Below, in pieces: positions 12,884 through 23,829 of a DNA stretch of 64,000 bases. Numbering within the stretch: the first letter of the stretch is position 1; the number at the start of each line of letters is the position of its first letter. The translations under genes were made by a program, and so were the position numbers. The stretch comes from Bacteriovoracia bacterium (lineage in GTDB: Bacteria; Bdellovibrionota; UBA1018; CAIPTA01), in NCBI GenBank assembly GCA_050246755.1, contig JBFWVL010000001.1, positions 1,344,001 through 1,408,000 on the forward strand. Direction: 5' to 3'. A model generated the notes under the pieces. The model was not told where the DNA came from and did no database searches. It saw nothing but the letters and a program-made list of their open reading frames with translations.

Positions 12884-14329
12884 TTAGAGCATTTGTTGAA
12901 TGTCTTCCAGGTACTTTTTTAGGGTAGCGCTGGAATGAATCTCTTTTTCGATTTTTCGAATGGCGTGAATCACCGTGGAATGGTCTTTTCCGCCGAAGGC
13001 CGCCGCGATCTCCGGTAACGTTTTCTTAGTATATTTTCTAGTGAGGTACATCGCAATTTGACGCGGCTCGGAATATTTTCTTTCGCGAGACTTGGAATTC
13101 AGTTCCGCCAAGGAAATTTTGAAGTACTGACAAACACATTTATTGATCGATTCAATCGAAAGATTATTGTTCTTATTTTCGTTCAACAAATCAGAGAGAG
13201 CCTCTCGCGCCATATCGAGGGTTATTTCGGTACCATTTAAAGAGGCCTCCGCGCTTAAACGCACAAGTGCACCCTCCAACTCCCGCACGTTATTGCGAAT
13301 ATGACCGGCAATCATGAGGCAAACGTCGTCGGGAACGTAGAGATCTTCCGCTTCCGCCTTGGCTTTGAGAATAGCAATCCGCGTTTCAAGATCCGGCGGC
13401 TTCACATCCACTACAAGGCCCTGCTGGAGACGGGTAATTAGCCGCTCCTCGAGATTATGCAGCTCTTTAGGGGGCTTATCACTAGTTAAGACAACTTGAT
13501 TATGAGTGCCGAAGAGGTGGTTGAACGTATGAAAGAATTCCTCTTCGCTACGCTCTTTGCCGCCGATGTACTGAATATCATCGATCAAAAAAGCATCGAA
13601 GCTGGAGCGGTACCGGCTATGGAAATGGTTGGTGGACTTGTTTTTAAGCGCTTCGATGAACTCGTTCACGAAGGATTCTGCCGAAATATAACAGATGCGC
13701 GCTTGAGGGTTATTACGCAACATTTGGATGGCGATCGCATGCAATAGATGCGTTTTTCCTAAACCGGAAGGGCCGTAAATCAGTAGGGGATTGTACTTTC
13801 CACCAGGAAAATTTCCGGCCGCTTTTGCGGCGGCATGCGCAAACTGGGTTCCGCTGCTCACAATGAAGCTTTCAAAAGTATGAGCGGTATCGATATGCCC
13901 GGAAGTGCACTTAATTAACCCTTTTGACTTTGACGCTGTGTTACTCGCCGCTTGAGCTGGATTGAGAGAACTGCCCGGGTATTGTGGTTCTGGAGTGCCC
14001 GGAAAATCGAGTACATTGCGGCCGCTGCTATTTGATTCAGGGCGGCTCGAAGAAGAACCCGATCCCATGACGCCGCTCTCAGTTCCGCCTACGGAATAAG
14101 TAACGCGGAACGTTTTCCCGGTAACCATGGCCAAGGCGTTTACGATCTTTGCCTCGAAGTTACTTTTGAGGAAGGTATTGAAGAAGGGTGTAGGTACCTT
14201 GAAGGTGATTTGAGTGTCTTCTAGGTTATGGATCTCGAGCGGCAGCAGCCAAGATTTGAACATTTCCGGCGTGGTCATCGATTGCAACTGTTGCAAGGTG
14301 GACTGCCAAAAAGTTGGATGCTCTTTCAT
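12884..14329 (-). CDS. dnaA: Chromosomal replication initiator DnaA
   Basis: [44 protein letters not shown]. Confidence 0.98.
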   Translation of the reverse strand: MKEHPTFWQSTLQQLQSMTTPEMFKSWLLPLEIHNLEDTQITFKVPTPFFNTFLKSNFEAKIVNALAMVTGKTFRVTYSVGGTESGVMGSGSSSSRPESNSSGRNVLDFPGTPEPQYPGSSLNPAQAASNTASKSKGLIKCTSGHIDTAHTFESFIVSSGTQFAHAAAKAAGNFPGGKYNPLLIYGPSGLGKTHLLHAIAIQMLRNNPQARICYISAESFVNEFIEALKNKSTNHFHSRYRSSFDAFLIDDIQYIGGKERSEEEFFHTFNHLFGTHNQVVLTSDKPPKELHNLEERLITRLQQGLVVDVKPPDLETRIAILKAKAEAEDLYVPDDVCLMIAGHIRNNVRELEGALVRLSAEASLNGTEITLDMAREALSDLLNENKNNNLSIESINKCVCQYFKISLAELNSKSRERKYSEPRQIAMYLTRKYTKKTLPEIAAAFGGKDHSTVIHAIRKIEKEIHSSATLKKYLEDIQQML

Positions 14330-14456
14330 GACGAAGAATTGCTCCCAATGCGCGCTAGCTTTTTCAGCTGTGAAGGAATAAAAAAGACGTTCGGTACTGA
14401 TAGCAAAAAGGCGGAGAGTCGTTCAAGCGATTTCTCTCTGTATTCTCCGTGGATAC

Positions 14457-14486
14457 TTGACAGTCTTTTTACTAATTTGGTAGGTA
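14457..14486 (+). promoter_or_regulatory. Putative sigma70 promoter of the rpmH operon
   Basis: Perfect TTGACA at 14457-14462; weak TG-n-TAGGTA -10 after 18 nt. Confidence 0.4.
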
Positions 14487-14509
14487 CCAAGAACGATTGG
14501 GAGACCTTC

Positions 14510-14659
14510 ATGAAACGACCGTGGCAGCCAAGTAAGAAAAAACGCGCAAAAACCCATGGTTTTCGTAAGCGTATGGGCACTAAAAACGGCCGTAAAGTGC
14601 TCGCTAGCAGACGCAAAAAGGGTCGCAAGCGCCTTACGGTAAAAGTTGCAACCAAGTAA
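14510..14659 (+). CDS. rpmH: 50S ribosomal protein L34
   Basis: [22 protein letters not shown]; GGGAG SD upstream; true start lies inside the 143-aa track ORF. Confidence 0.97.
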   Translation: MKRPWQPSKKKRAKTHGFRKRMGTKNGRKVLASRRKKGRKRLTVKVATK

Positions 14660-15014
14660 GCCCGCTAAACCACTCGCCTTTCCAAGATCGCGACGCGTTA
14701 CCAAAAGAACGGATTTTTTCCGTCTGCGTAAGGTCGCGTCCAAATGGGTCTCGCGGCATTGGATTCTTTATTATGCCGAGAGTGAATCGGGCACGGCCCG
14801 CCTAGGGGTGACAATCAGCGCGAAATACGGAAATTCAGTAGAGCGAAACAGCTTTCGCCGTTGGCTTAGAGAAGCTTTTCGCGCGCACCATGCCAGCTTG
14901 AAACCCTACGATCTTCACTTCGTAGCTCGACAAAAGCCTACGAACATTGCGAAAAAACGCTATAAAGATGAGCTTAATGAGGATTTTCAAAAGCTTCTGC
15001 ATCGCTTTCGTTAG
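14646..15014 (+). CDS. rnpA: Ribonuclease P protein component
   Basis: [28 protein letters not shown]-like motif; follows rpmH. Confidence 0.93.
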   Translation: MQPSKPAKPLAFPRSRRVTKRTDFFRLRKVASKWVSRHWILYYAESESGTARLGVTISAKYGNSVERNSFRRWLREAFRAHHASLKPYDLHFVARQKPTNIAKKRYKDELNEDFQKLLHRFR

Positions 15015-15234
15015 GGTATATCGCTGGACGCTGAGCCCGCTCTTTATGAGCCTGGGAGTTCAGTGCCGATTTACTCCTACTTGCTCGGAATATGCGCAAG
15101 AAGCTATCGAAGTACACGGACCATATGGAATTGTATTAGCGTCTGGCCGGCTTCTTCGGTGTCACCCTCTCTGTAAGGGTGGTTTGGATCCGGTACCTTT
15201 CGCAGTTGGCAAACAGGAGCATCGTCATGGATAA
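14977..15234 (+). CDS. yidD: Membrane protein insertion efficiency factor YidD (start uncertain, 14947-14977)
   Basis: [25 protein letters not shown]. Confidence 0.95.
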   Translation: MRIFKSFCIAFVRVYRWTLSPLFMSLGVQCRFTPTCSEYAQEAIEVHGPYGIVLASGRLLRCHPLCKGGLDPVPFAVGKQEHRHG

Positions 15235-16876
15235 GAAGGCACTTTTAGCGATCGCACTTTCTCTCGGTATTTGGGTCACGTGGCAGAAATTTTACCTAGA
15301 GCCTATCCAGCACCAGCAAGCGTTGGAAAACCAGCGGCAGCAGGAGCTAGTGACACAAAGCCAGCAGAGGGCGGAGAAGAGGGCCGATTTAGACCAACGC
15401 GGAATTCTTCCCGACTCAGAGAAGAAGCGACAAGGACAAGTGAACCGGGAGTCACGCGCGGTTACGCTTCAAAACACCGATTCCACGCTGGTAATTTCCA
15501 ATGAGCCCGCGCTAGTGAAATCTTGGCAACTCAAAGCCTTTTCCACGGCGTTAGAGCACCAAGACGACAAAATTTCTCTTGCCGGAATAAGCGGTTTCAA
15601 CGGCCAAGGGCGCCTGCGTTTTAGTGATGCTCAATACGAGCCAGCTTCGCAACAGAACTGGGACTCTCTCGTTCAAGAAAATGAGCTTTCAGTTGTATCG
15701 AAAATCTCCACTCCGGCCATGCAGGGTTTGCGTCGGGTGGTGCTTGATCCCCAGGGTTACGGAGGACGCGTAGAGTACGAACTCCAGTTCGCTAAAGATC
15801 CACCGAAATATGTTTTCCTTGATCTGTACGGCAGCCCTAAGCGAGAGAACGATCACGAAGGAAGCATTTTCGGCCAGGCTCCTGATAAGGTGCACGTCAC
15901 TTTTCGCGATGCTACCGGACGTCACTCCGAGATGGCCGCTAGCCTAAAGCAGACCAAAGAATCCGCTGCGGGCGCCCGATGGCTCGGCCTCGATACGCGA
16001 TATTTCGTTCTGGCTTTGGTGCCAGAAGGAAGCTGGAAAGATGTTTCCGGAGCGCAAATTGCCCACGATGAAACCCGGCCCGCTACCGTGCGCGGAACGT
16101 TGGTGTTTCCTACCGACGGCAAAAAGACGATCAACTTCAGCACGAAGATGTATTTCGGTCCTAAGCACATGGAAAGCCTAAGGGCCGTAGACCCCATCCT
16201 TTCCGACGCGATTGATTTTGGCTGGACCTCCGTGCTCGCTATCCCGCTTCTTCAGGCACTTAAATGGTTATACGGCTACGTACATAACTATGGCCTGGCG
16301 ATTATTATCTTAACCTTTGTCATTAAAATGCTGCTCTTTCCACTTACCTATAAGAGCACTAAATCGATGGCAAAAATTGCGGTATTGCAGCCTCAGCTCA
16401 ATGCCCTTCGCGAGAAGTTTAAAGACGATAAAGAAAAGCTCAATACCGAGATGATGAAGTTCATGAAGACGAACGGCTATAATCCAGTGGGTGGCTGTTT
16501 GCCAATCTTGCTGCAGATGCCGATCTTTTTTGCGCTTTACCGCGTGCTGTTTAACTCAATGGAACTTTATCAAACTCCATTTTACCTATGGATTCATGAC
16601 CTTTCGCGGCCAGATCCTTTTTTCATTACACCAGTACTGCTTACGGGCTTGATGTACGTTCAGCAAAAGCTTACTCCTACGGCCGCCGCTGATCCTGCCC
16701 AGCAGAAGATGCTTCAGTTCATGCCCCTAATGTTTGGCGTGTTCATGATCATGCTGCCCGCTGGTTTGAACATCTATATGGTGGTTAACTCGGCCGTTAC
16801 CATTGCCCAGCAATGGGTGCTCACACACAAATTAGGAATTAAAAGACCTGCTCCCGTTGTAGTTTCCAAGGCTTAG
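15227..16876 (+). CDS. yidC: Membrane protein insertase YidC
   Basis: MDKKALLAI start after AGGAG SD; [28 protein letters not shown]. Confidence 0.96.
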   Translation: MDKKALLAIALSLGIWVTWQKFYLEPIQHQQALENQRQQELVTQSQQRAEKRADLDQRGILPDSEKKRQGQVNRESRAVTLQNTDSTLVISNEPALVKSWQLKAFSTALEHQDDKISLAGISGFNGQGRLRFSDAQYEPASQQNWDSLVQENELSVVSKISTPAMQGLRRVVLDPQGYGGRVEYELQFAKDPPKYVFLDLYGSPKRENDHEGSIFGQAPDKVHVTFRDATGRHSEMAASLKQTKESAAGARWLGLDTRYFVLALVPEGSWKDVSGAQIAHDETRPATVRGTLVFPTDGKKTINFSTKMYFGPKHMESLRAVDPILSDAIDFGWTSVLAIPLLQALKWLYGYVHNYGLAIIILTFVIKMLLFPLTYKSTKSMAKIAVLQPQLNALREKFKDDKEKLNTEMMKFMKTNGYNPVGGCLPILLQMPIFFALYRVLFNSMELYQTPFYLWIHDLSRPDPFFITPVLLTGLMYVQQKLTPTAAADPAQQKMLQFMPLMFGVFMIMLPAGLNIYMVVNSAVTIAQQWVLTHKLGIKRPAPVVVSKA

Positions 16877-16884
16877 GTTTTTCC

Positions 16885-18324
16885 ATGGCCTCGAGTAAGC
16901 GCGGGTATTTTAGGGAAGATACGATTGCCGCCATTTTGACGGCGGCGAATGCAATATCAGCCGTAGGCATACTCCGCGTTTCTGGCCCTGAAGCGTGGAA
17001 AATTGTTTCATCTTTGCTTTCAAGGATGAAGGGCGGGGCCTTTGAAAAAGAAAAGCTTCAAAGCCACCATCTTCAGCGTTGCCTGATTCACGACGCCGGC
17101 GGCAAGCTCATCGACGACGGAATGTTCGTTTGGATGCAGGCGCCAAATTCCTTTACTGGTGAGGAAGTGGTGGAACTTCATCTGCACGGTAATCCTCATC
17201 TTCTCCGACGTGCGATGCAGGCCATTCTGCATGGCGGGGCAGCGGAAGCGTTGCCGGGGGAGTTTAGCTTTCGCGCCTTTCGCAGCGGGAAAATTTCGCT
17301 CGATCAAGCCGAATCTATCTCCGACCTGATTACTAGCCAGAGCGAGGAAAGTGCGAATAGGGCCCTAGGGCACCTTCTTGGGAGAGCGCAGCCGGAGATC
17401 GCCCAGTTGAAGCAAGAGATCGTAAATCGCCTGGCCGAGATGGAAGTAGATATCGATTTTTCCGACCAAGGCCTTTCCAGCTTAGACTACGAGGGCTGGG
17501 CAAAAAAACTTCGTACCTGGAACGACCGAGTTGAAAAGATTCGCCAGGAATTTCTTCTCTCGCAGCCCCGCAGAGAAGGGATTCGCTTAGCTCTTGTGGG
17601 CGCACCCAATAGCGGAAAGTCATCGCTTTTTAACCGGCTTCTCGGAGAAGACCGCAGCATCGTGAGCATGCAGGCGGGAACTACTAGAGATGTGGTGAGA
17701 GAGGCGCTTTCGTTAAAAGGCCTACTTTTTCGTCTCTCTGACACCGCGGGAATTAGGGTTACCGAGGACGAAATTGAGGCCCAGGGGGTAGACCGATCTT
17801 TCGGGGAAGTGGGCGCCGCCGATGCCATACTCTGGATTTTTGATGGAGTAGAGGAATTCGCCGAAAAATCTAAGGAGCTAGAAAAGCGTTGGGCGACTCT
17901 TAAGAACCATTTGCCCAAGGAAGCGAGAATTCTGGCGGTCTGGAATAAGGCGGACCAAGTAGATCGACCCGGCCCGGAATGGGTACGCTTCTTGGCCGAA
18001 CAAAACATTCCTTGGGCAGGCGTTTCGGCAAAAACTGGTAGTGGACTCCAGGATTTGATCGAAAAACTGACTAATTTCTTCGCCATTTCTGAGGCCTCTC
18101 AACCAGATTTCTTGATTAGCAGAACGCGTCATTATGAGGTACTAGGTAGGGCTCAGGAAGCGGTATTGGCGGCGGTTGGGAAGGTGGAGGCGGGAGAGCG
18201 ATTTCCGGATCTTCTTTCTTCCGATTTGCGCGAGGCCCTTTCCCGCTTAGGTGAAATTACGGGCGAGTTCAGCACCGAAGATCTCCTGAGCCATATTTTC
18301 TCAGAATTTTGCATCGGGAAATAG
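16885..18324 (+). CDS. mnmE: tRNA modification GTPase MnmE
   Basis: DTIAAI, SFTGEEVVE, GAPNSGKSS, GTTRD, DTAG, C-terminal FCIGK. Confidence 0.97.
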   Translation: MASSKRGYFREDTIAAILTAANAISAVGILRVSGPEAWKIVSSLLSRMKGGAFEKEKLQSHHLQRCLIHDAGGKLIDDGMFVWMQAPNSFTGEEVVELHLHGNPHLLRRAMQAILHGGAAEALPGEFSFRAFRSGKISLDQAESISDLITSQSEESANRALGHLLGRAQPEIAQLKQEIVNRLAEMEVDIDFSDQGLSSLDYEGWAKKLRTWNDRVEKIRQEFLLSQPRREGIRLALVGAPNSGKSSLFNRLLGEDRSIVSMQAGTTRDVVREALSLKGLLFRLSDTAGIRVTEDEIEAQGVDRSFGEVGAADAILWIFDGVEEFAEKSKELEKRWATLKNHLPKEARILAVWNKADQVDRPGPEWVRFLAEQNIPWAGVSAKTGSGLQDLIEKLTNFFAISEASQPDFLISRTRHYEVLGRAQEAVLAAVGKVEAGERFPDLLSSDLREALSRLGEITGEFSTEDLLSHIFSEFCIGK

Positions 18325-18325
18325 A

Positions 18326-20254
18326 ATGTCGCAAAAAGTGGATGTGATTGTAATCGGAGCGGGGCACGCCGGCTGTGAAGCAGCTTTGGCCGCTGCTCGC
18401 ATGGGTTGCAAAACTCTGCTCATTACGATGAACAATGATCGTATCGCTTATATGAGCTGTAATCCTGCAATCGGCGGGCAGGCTAAAGGACAATTGGCCC
18501 GCGAAGTGGATGCCCTCGGCGGAGAGATGGGGATCAATACCGATAAGAGCGCTCTCCAGTATAAGCGTCTCAATTCTTCGAAAGGCCCGGCCGTACGATC
18601 CTCCCGTGCTCAGTGCGATAAGGTAATTTACAGCCTGCGCATGAAGGAAACGGTCGAGACCCAAGAGAATCTTTCCGTGCTTCAGCGTGAGGTGAGCGAA
18701 TTCAAAACCGTGAATGGTCGCATCACGGGCGTGACCACCAATTTCGGTGAATTTCTCGAAGCAAAAACCGTAGTTCTCACGGCTGGCACCTTCATGCGTT
18801 CGATCATGCATTGCGGAGAGAATCAGGCAGAGGGCGGTCGCTCGGGAGATTCCAGCGCCAATAAGATTTCCACGTCACTTTCGAATCTGGGATTTAATTT
18901 AATTCGCCTAAAAACCGGAACCCCAGCCCGCTTGAAACAGAATTCTATCAATTTTTCCCTCACCCAGCGGGAAGACGGCGATAAAGATCCTGTTCCTTTT
19001 TCTTTTTATACAATTCCTAAACCTTTCCCGGCGCTTACGCAGATGCCCTGCTTCCTTACTTACACGAATCAGCGCACGCACGATGTGATCGCGGCGGCGA
19101 AAGACCGTTCGCCTATGTTCAGCGGCGCCATCACCGGAAAGGGTCCCCGGTATTGCCCTTCGATTGAAGATAAGGTGTTTCGTTTTGCAGATAAGGATCG
19201 GCATCAAATCTTCCTTGAGCCCGAGAGCCAGTTTTCCCATGAAATATACGCGAACGGCCTTTCCACGAGCCTACCCCTCGACGTGCAGCTAGCTTTTTTG
19301 CGGACGATCGTAGGACTAGAGAACGTGGAGATCGCTAGGCCGGGCTACGCGGTAGAATATGATGCGGTGAACCCCGTGACCCTTAGGCACACGTTGGCGT
19401 GTAAAGACGTGCAAGGCCTTTATTTTGCTGGGCAAGTGAACGGTACCTCTGGATATGAAGAGGCGGCCGCCCAGGGACTAATGGCTGGCATTAACGCTGC
19501 TTGCGAAGCTCTAGGGAAAGACCCGTTTGTCATTGGGCGCTCTGAGGGCTATATAGGCGTTTTAATTGATGATTTAGTTACAAAGGGTGTGGATGAGCCC
19601 TATCGAATGTTCACTTCTCGCTGTGAATACCGCCTGCTTTTACGAGAAGATAACGCCGATTTAAGGCTCGCAAAGCGAGGCTTAAACCTCGGTTTATTGG
19701 GTGATAAAAAGTGGAAGGTATTCGAGGAGAAGCAGAGATCCATTGCGCAGCTTTCGGAACAAATTTCTAGCACCTACCTTTACCCCAAACCGTTTGAAGA
19801 GAATCCCTCCTACTATGAAGAGCGAGGGATTACCTCAATGAGGGATCGCCTTTCGATGCGGGAGCTGCTGAAGCGGCCCGAATGGAATATTCCACGAATG
19901 CTCGAAGCTGGTTTTCTGGAAAAGGGCGCCTATGAAAGTGAGCCTTGGTTGGAACGGTTTATTCAAGAGGCCGTAGAGATCGATGTTAAGTACGAAGGCT
20001 ATGTGAAGCGCGAGCTTGAGCTTATGGATCGTATGAATTCTCAGGATGGCAAGCGGATCCCGGCCGATTTCACCTACTCTGAGGTGGGAGGTCTTTCTCA
20101 CGAAGTTATCGAGCGATTGCAGCGCGTTCGTCCTACTACCCTTGGTCAGGCTCTTCGGATTCCCGGTGTTACACCCTCCGCGGGAGCCTTACTCTACGTG
20201 CACCTTGAGCGCGGCCACGGCAGAGCCACCTTCCCTTCGTCGAGCCACGTATGA
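18326..20254 (+). CDS. mnmG: tRNA uridine 5-carboxymethylaminomethyl modification enzyme MnmG/GidA
   Basis: GAGHAGCEAA, MSCNPAIGG, GPRYCPSIEDK, GQVNGTSGYEEAAAQG. Confidence 0.98.
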   Translation: MSQKVDVIVIGAGHAGCEAALAAARMGCKTLLITMNNDRIAYMSCNPAIGGQAKGQLAREVDALGGEMGINTDKSALQYKRLNSSKGPAVRSSRAQCDKVIYSLRMKETVETQENLSVLQREVSEFKTVNGRITGVTTNFGEFLEAKTVVLTAGTFMRSIMHCGENQAEGGRSGDSSANKISTSLSNLGFNLIRLKTGTPARLKQNSINFSLTQREDGDKDPVPFSFYTIPKPFPALTQMPCFLTYTNQRTHDVIAAAKDRSPMFSGAITGKGPRYCPSIEDKVFRFADKDRHQIFLEPESQFSHEIYANGLSTSLPLDVQLAFLRTIVGLENVEIARPGYAVEYDAVNPVTLRHTLACKDVQGLYFAGQVNGTSGYEEAAAQGLMAGINAACEALGKDPFVIGRSEGYIGVLIDDLVTKGVDEPYRMFTSRCEYRLLLREDNADLRLAKRGLNLGLLGDKKWKVFEEKQRSIAQLSEQISSTYLYPKPFEENPSYYEERGITSMRDRLSMRELLKRPEWNIPRMLEAGFLEKGAYESEPWLERFIQEAVEIDVKYEGYVKRELELMDRMNSQDGKRIPADFTYSEVGGLSHEVIERLQRVRPTTLGQALRIPGVTPSAGALLYVHLERGHGRATFPSSSHV

Positions 20255-20919
20255 TCACCAAAAAAGATTGGGATGAGCTTTCCTCTTTTTTAAAGGAGCG
20301 AGGGGATAAATCAGGAGTCTGCGAAGATGCTTCCTTTCGTGCTGCCTGTGAACACTATCTAAAGATTCTTCTGCAAAAGAACGAGGTATTGAATCTCACC
20401 GCCGTTAGGGATCTTGAGGTGGCTTTTTGGAAGCATTTGGCTGATTCGCTAGTTCTTTTGGGTTGGGAGCCTTTGGGTAAAGTGGTGGATTGGGGAAGCG
20501 GAGGTGGGCTTCCAGGTGTGCCCTTGGCTCTTTCGCGTGTTTCCCGGGGCCAGGAAGGCCAGGTTCTTTTCCTTGATAGCGTAGGAAAGAAGCTGAGAGC
20601 GATTGAAGAGTTTGTGGCCGAGCTGAAGATTCCTGGCTGTGGTTTTTCCACTTCACGCGGGGAAGTTGCCATTAAGTCGGGCGAGTTCCATGGTGTTAAC
20701 ACGGTAGTGATGCGGGCTGTGGCTCCGGCGGAGCGTGCCGCTGCCTGGATGGACTCCTCTATTGGTCGCTGGGTGTTTCTACTAACCCCTGCGCAAATTG
20801 CCGACTGGGAAAAGGAAGCGCCGCGGCTCAAGCGTAAGGGATTACATCTCGCCCGAAGCGTCGTCTACGACCTTCCTCGGGGGCATGGCTCACGTGCCCT
20901 TCTTGAATACTCAAAATAA
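20251..20919 (+). CDS. rsmG: 16S rRNA m7G527 methyltransferase RsmG/GidB
   Basis: NLTA..KHLADS, DWGSGGGLPG; follows mnmG. Confidence 0.9.
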   Translation: MITKKDWDELSSFLKERGDKSGVCEDASFRAACEHYLKILLQKNEVLNLTAVRDLEVAFWKHLADSLVLLGWEPLGKVVDWGSGGGLPGVPLALSRVSRGQEGQVLFLDSVGKKLRAIEEFVAELKIPGCGFSTSRGEVAIKSGEFHGVNTVVMRAVAPAERAAAWMDSSIGRWVFLLTPAQIADWEKEAPRLKRKGLHLARSVVYDLPRGHGSRALLEYSK

Positions 20920-20920
20920 T

Positions 20921-20936
20921 TGTTCCACGTGGAACG
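20921..20936. promoter_or_regulatory. parS centromere-like site 1
   Basis: TGTTCCACGTGGAACG matches the parS palindrome, upstream of parA. Confidence 0.93.
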
Positions 20937-20956
20937 ATAAATATGACGCAAACTTT

Positions 20957-20972
20957 TGTGCCACGTGGAACA
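20957..20972. promoter_or_regulatory. parS centromere-like site 2
   Basis: TGTGCCACGTGGAACA, one mismatch from the palindrome. Confidence 0.88.
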
Positions 20973-21034
20973 TTTTTCTCTTTCCCTTCTCCAAAAACAG
21001 GCTAAATTTATAGAAATCGCAGTTTTGGGGGCAT

Positions 21035-21859
21035 ATGGGTAAAATAATTTCAGTTATAAACCAAAAAGGTGGAGTGGGAAAAACCACTTCTGCTATTAAT
21101 TTGGCTGCCTCGATGGCTGTTGCAGAGCGTCAAGCGCTATTAATTGACTTTGATCCTCAGGGAAATGCCAGTAGCGGCCTAGGCATTCATTCTTTCGGCG
21201 ATAAATCGATCTACCAAGCCTTGGTGGGCGAATGCTCTATCGAGGACGTAATTCGCGAGACGGAGCTGCCTGGTTTATTCGTGGCCCCCGCTGACCAGAA
21301 CCTCAGTGGAGCAGAGGTAGAGTTGGTGGGCGCGATCGCCCGTGAGCAGAAGCTTAAAAAAATCCTCGAAAGCGTGAAGGATCGTTTTCACTATATAATG
21401 ATAGATTGCCCGCCGAGCTTGGGTCTTCTCACCATTAATGCCCTTACTGCCTCTGATAGCTATTTAGTTCCCATGCAGTGCGAGTACTTTTCGCTAGAAG
21501 GCTTATCGCAACTAGTTTCCACGGCCGGCCTCATTCAGGGCGCGCTTAATCCCAAGCTGGAGCTAGAGGGAATTCTTCTAACAATGTTCGACGCTCGCAA
21601 TAATCTTGCTCATCAGGTGGCCGACGAGGTTCGTAATCATTTCGGCGAAAAGCTTTTCAAAACGGTAATCCCTCGCAACGTAAAGCTGAGTGAGGCGCCA
21701 AGCCATGGCAAGCCCGTTCTTCTTTACGATATCGAATCCAAGGGCGCCCGATCCTATTTAGAGGCCACGAAGGAAATTATCGAACGCAATATGGCCAGGG
21801 CCAAGCCTTCCGCGGTATCCGCCCAGCTGAATGCGGGCGAGGCCACAACTTCTTTATAA
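21035..21859 (+). CDS. parA: Chromosome partitioning ATPase ParA/Soj
   Basis: NQKGGVGKTT, DFDPQGNAS, IDCPPSLG, IPRNVKLSEAPSHG. Confidence 0.97.
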   Translation: MGKIISVINQKGGVGKTTSAINLAASMAVAERQALLIDFDPQGNASSGLGIHSFGDKSIYQALVGECSIEDVIRETELPGLFVAPADQNLSGAEVELVGAIAREQKLKKILESVKDRFHYIMIDCPPSLGLLTINALTASDSYLVPMQCEYFSLEGLSQLVSTAGLIQGALNPKLELEGILLTMFDARNNLAHQVADEVRNHFGEKLFKTVIPRNVKLSEAPSHGKPVLLYDIESKGARSYLEATKEIIERNMARAKPSAVSAQLNAGEATTSL

Positions 21860-21886
21860 AACATTTTTTAGTTATACGGAGACTTT

Positions 21887-22891
21887 ATGAATACCACGCC
21901 GAATCCGCAAAAAAATCCTCAACGTCCCGCCCTCGGTAAAGGCCTCGCGAGCCTTCTTCCTGGCGCCGGCACTCCTGCCGGAATGGCCCGTCAATTGATG
22001 GGTGATCTTCCTCCCGCCGCGGCCACCGCCCCCTCCACAAATGCGTCGGTGGCCGCAGCGCAGGTTCCTGCTCCTCCGGAGGCGGCGAACAAAGACAGAA
22101 TTCCCGGAATAACGATGGCGGACGTCGATCAGATCGTCGCCAACCAATACCAGCCCCGTCGGGATTTCGACGACGGCGCGCTCGGCGAATTGGCGGAATC
22201 CATTCGAGCCAATGGCATTATCCAGCCGCTACTCGTGCGGCGTGGAGACGACGGAAAGCTGAATTTGATCGCGGGTGAGCGCCGGCTCCGAGCCGCGAAG
22301 CTGGCCGGTCTTAAGCAGGTGCCGATCGTGCTCAGAAAAACCTCCGACAAAGAGGCGCTCGAGCTGGCCCTAATTGAAAACATTCAGCGCGAAGACCTCA
22401 ACTGCGTGGACGTTGCGCTTTCCTATTTTCAGCTTTCGGAAGATTTCCAGCTTACGCAGGAGGAGATCGCGAAGCGCGTGGGTAAAGATCGTGTGTCGGT
22501 GGCCAATCATCTTCGGCTTCTCAAATTACCTGAATCCATTATCGAAGACCTACGCTCAGGAAAGCTTTCTTTCGGTCATGGCCGAGCGATTCTTTCGGTA
22601 ACGGATCCAGTGAAGCGCATGAGCATTCGTAACGATATTATAGAGAAACACCTTTCTGTGCGGGAAACCGAAAGGCTGGTGGCGGCCGCGCTGATGGAAA
22701 ATAAACCAGGAGCGGAAGGTAAAAAGGAGAAGGCCGAGGTGCCCGCCGAGTTGAGGAGTTTTTCGGAACGCCTGGGTCGCGCCCTGGGCACCCGCGTTAA
22801 GGCTAAAGGCGATCAATATAGAGGATCGATTGTGATAGATTATTTTTCTAAGGAAGATTTGGAGCGAATCAGCGAACAATTGATGCGCTGA
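21887..22891 (+). CDS. parB: Chromosome partitioning protein ParB/Spo0J
   Basis: ALGKGLASLL peptide, QPRRDF, IAGERRLRA, ENIQREDLN. Confidence 0.97.
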   Translation: MNTTPNPQKNPQRPALGKGLASLLPGAGTPAGMARQLMGDLPPAAATAPSTNASVAAAQVPAPPEAANKDRIPGITMADVDQIVANQYQPRRDFDDGALGELAESIRANGIIQPLLVRRGDDGKLNLIAGERRLRAAKLAGLKQVPIVLRKTSDKEALELALIENIQREDLNCVDVALSYFQLSEDFQLTQEEIAKRVGKDRVSVANHLRLLKLPESIIEDLRSGKLSFGHGRAILSVTDPVKRMSIRNDIIEKHLSVRETERLVAAALMENKPGAEGKKEKAEVPAELRSFSERLGRALGTRVKAKGDQYRGSIVIDYFSKEDLERISEQLMR

Positions 22892-22910
22892 ATTAAATTT
22901 AGGCGGAACA

Positions 22911-23300
22911 ATGGCGAATAAAACTCAGCTTGCGATACCCACCGGGGCTCACGAGGTAACAGGCGTCTTAGACCGGGGATCCGAATTCGATGGCACTCTT
23001 TCTTTCGAGGGAGCCTTTCGCATTGGGGGGGTATTTCGCGGAAAAATTTTCACCGATGATGTGCTCATCATTGGGGAGGGCGCTCAAGTAGACGCTGAGA
23101 TCGAAGTGGGTACCTTGATTCTTTCCGGAGAACTAAAGGGGAGCGTCAAAGCCAAGGACCGCGTCGAGATTCATTATCCGGCTGTTTTCCGCGGAAATAT
23201 CCAGACCCCTTCTCTGATGGTTGCCGACGGAGTTGTTTTCGAGGGTGTGTCACAAATGGGACGCGGCGAGCCGGCACTCGAAAAATCTCTAAAAATCTAA
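22911..23300 (+). CDS. Bactofilin (polymer-forming cytoskeletal protein)
   Basis: Beta-helix pattern GSEFDGTL..IGGVFRGKI..IIGEGAQV..FRGNIQTPSL..GVVFEG. Confidence 0.9.
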   Translation: MANKTQLAIPTGAHEVTGVLDRGSEFDGTLSFEGAFRIGGVFRGKIFTDDVLIIGEGAQVDAEIEVGTLILSGELKGSVKAKDRVEIHYPAVFRGNIQTPSLMVADGVVFEGVSQMGRGEPALEKSLKI

Positions 23301-23314
23301 AATAGTCCTTAAAT

Positions 23315-23344
23315 GTTGACTCCCTTTCAGGCGTTGGGTACATC
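23315..23344 (+). promoter_or_regulatory. Putative promoter of atpF'FHAGDC
   Basis: TTGACT-17 nt-TACATC. Confidence 0.4.
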
Positions 23345-23376
23345 ACCTTATACCTAATTTCTGCCAGTGAGAGAGC

Positions 23377-23829
23377 ATGATTTCTGACCTACAGCGCCAG
23401 CTCGGAATTGACGCAAGTTTCTTCACCCAATTCGTCTTATTCCTCGTCGTTTTTCTTTGGCTTCGCTTTGTCTATTTTTCTCCGTTCCTGCGCCTGATTC
23501 AAAAGCGCGAAGGACAATCAGACGGACTTGCCGAAGGCGCGACGAAATTGGAAGAAGAGTCGATTCGTTTAGAAAATGATTATCGTGATCGCATTGTTGC
23601 GGCTCGCAGGCGCGTGGCGGCGGAGCGCGAGAAGATTTTGGCCGAGGCCCGCAAAGAGGGCAATGAATTAATCGCGAAGGCGCGTGAGCAGGGCAAGGTA
23701 AAATTGGACCAATCGCGTGAGGCTTCCGCGAAAGATTCCGTGGCCGAATTGGCTAGCCTGCAGGCGCAGGTGGGCTCGGTTACTGGCATGTTGGTCGAAA
23801 AGCTAACGCATTCTAAGGTGGGGTTGTAA
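23377..23829 (+). CDS. atpF: ATP synthase Fo subunit b'
   Basis: N-terminal TM, then PFLRLIQKRE and charged coiled coil; first of two b genes. Confidence 0.85.
   Translation: MISDLQRQLGIDASFFTQFVLFLVVFLWLRFVYFSPFLRLIQKREGQSDGLAEGATKLEEESIRLENDYRDRIVAARRRVAAEREKILAEARKEGNELIAKAREQGKVKLDQSREASAKDSVAELASLQAQVGSVTGMLVEKLTHSKVGL

Noticed and set aside
14228-14659. 143-aa ORF suggesting an extended L34
   Set aside because: The extension overlaps dnaA antisense and the promoter region; canonical L34 starts at 14510
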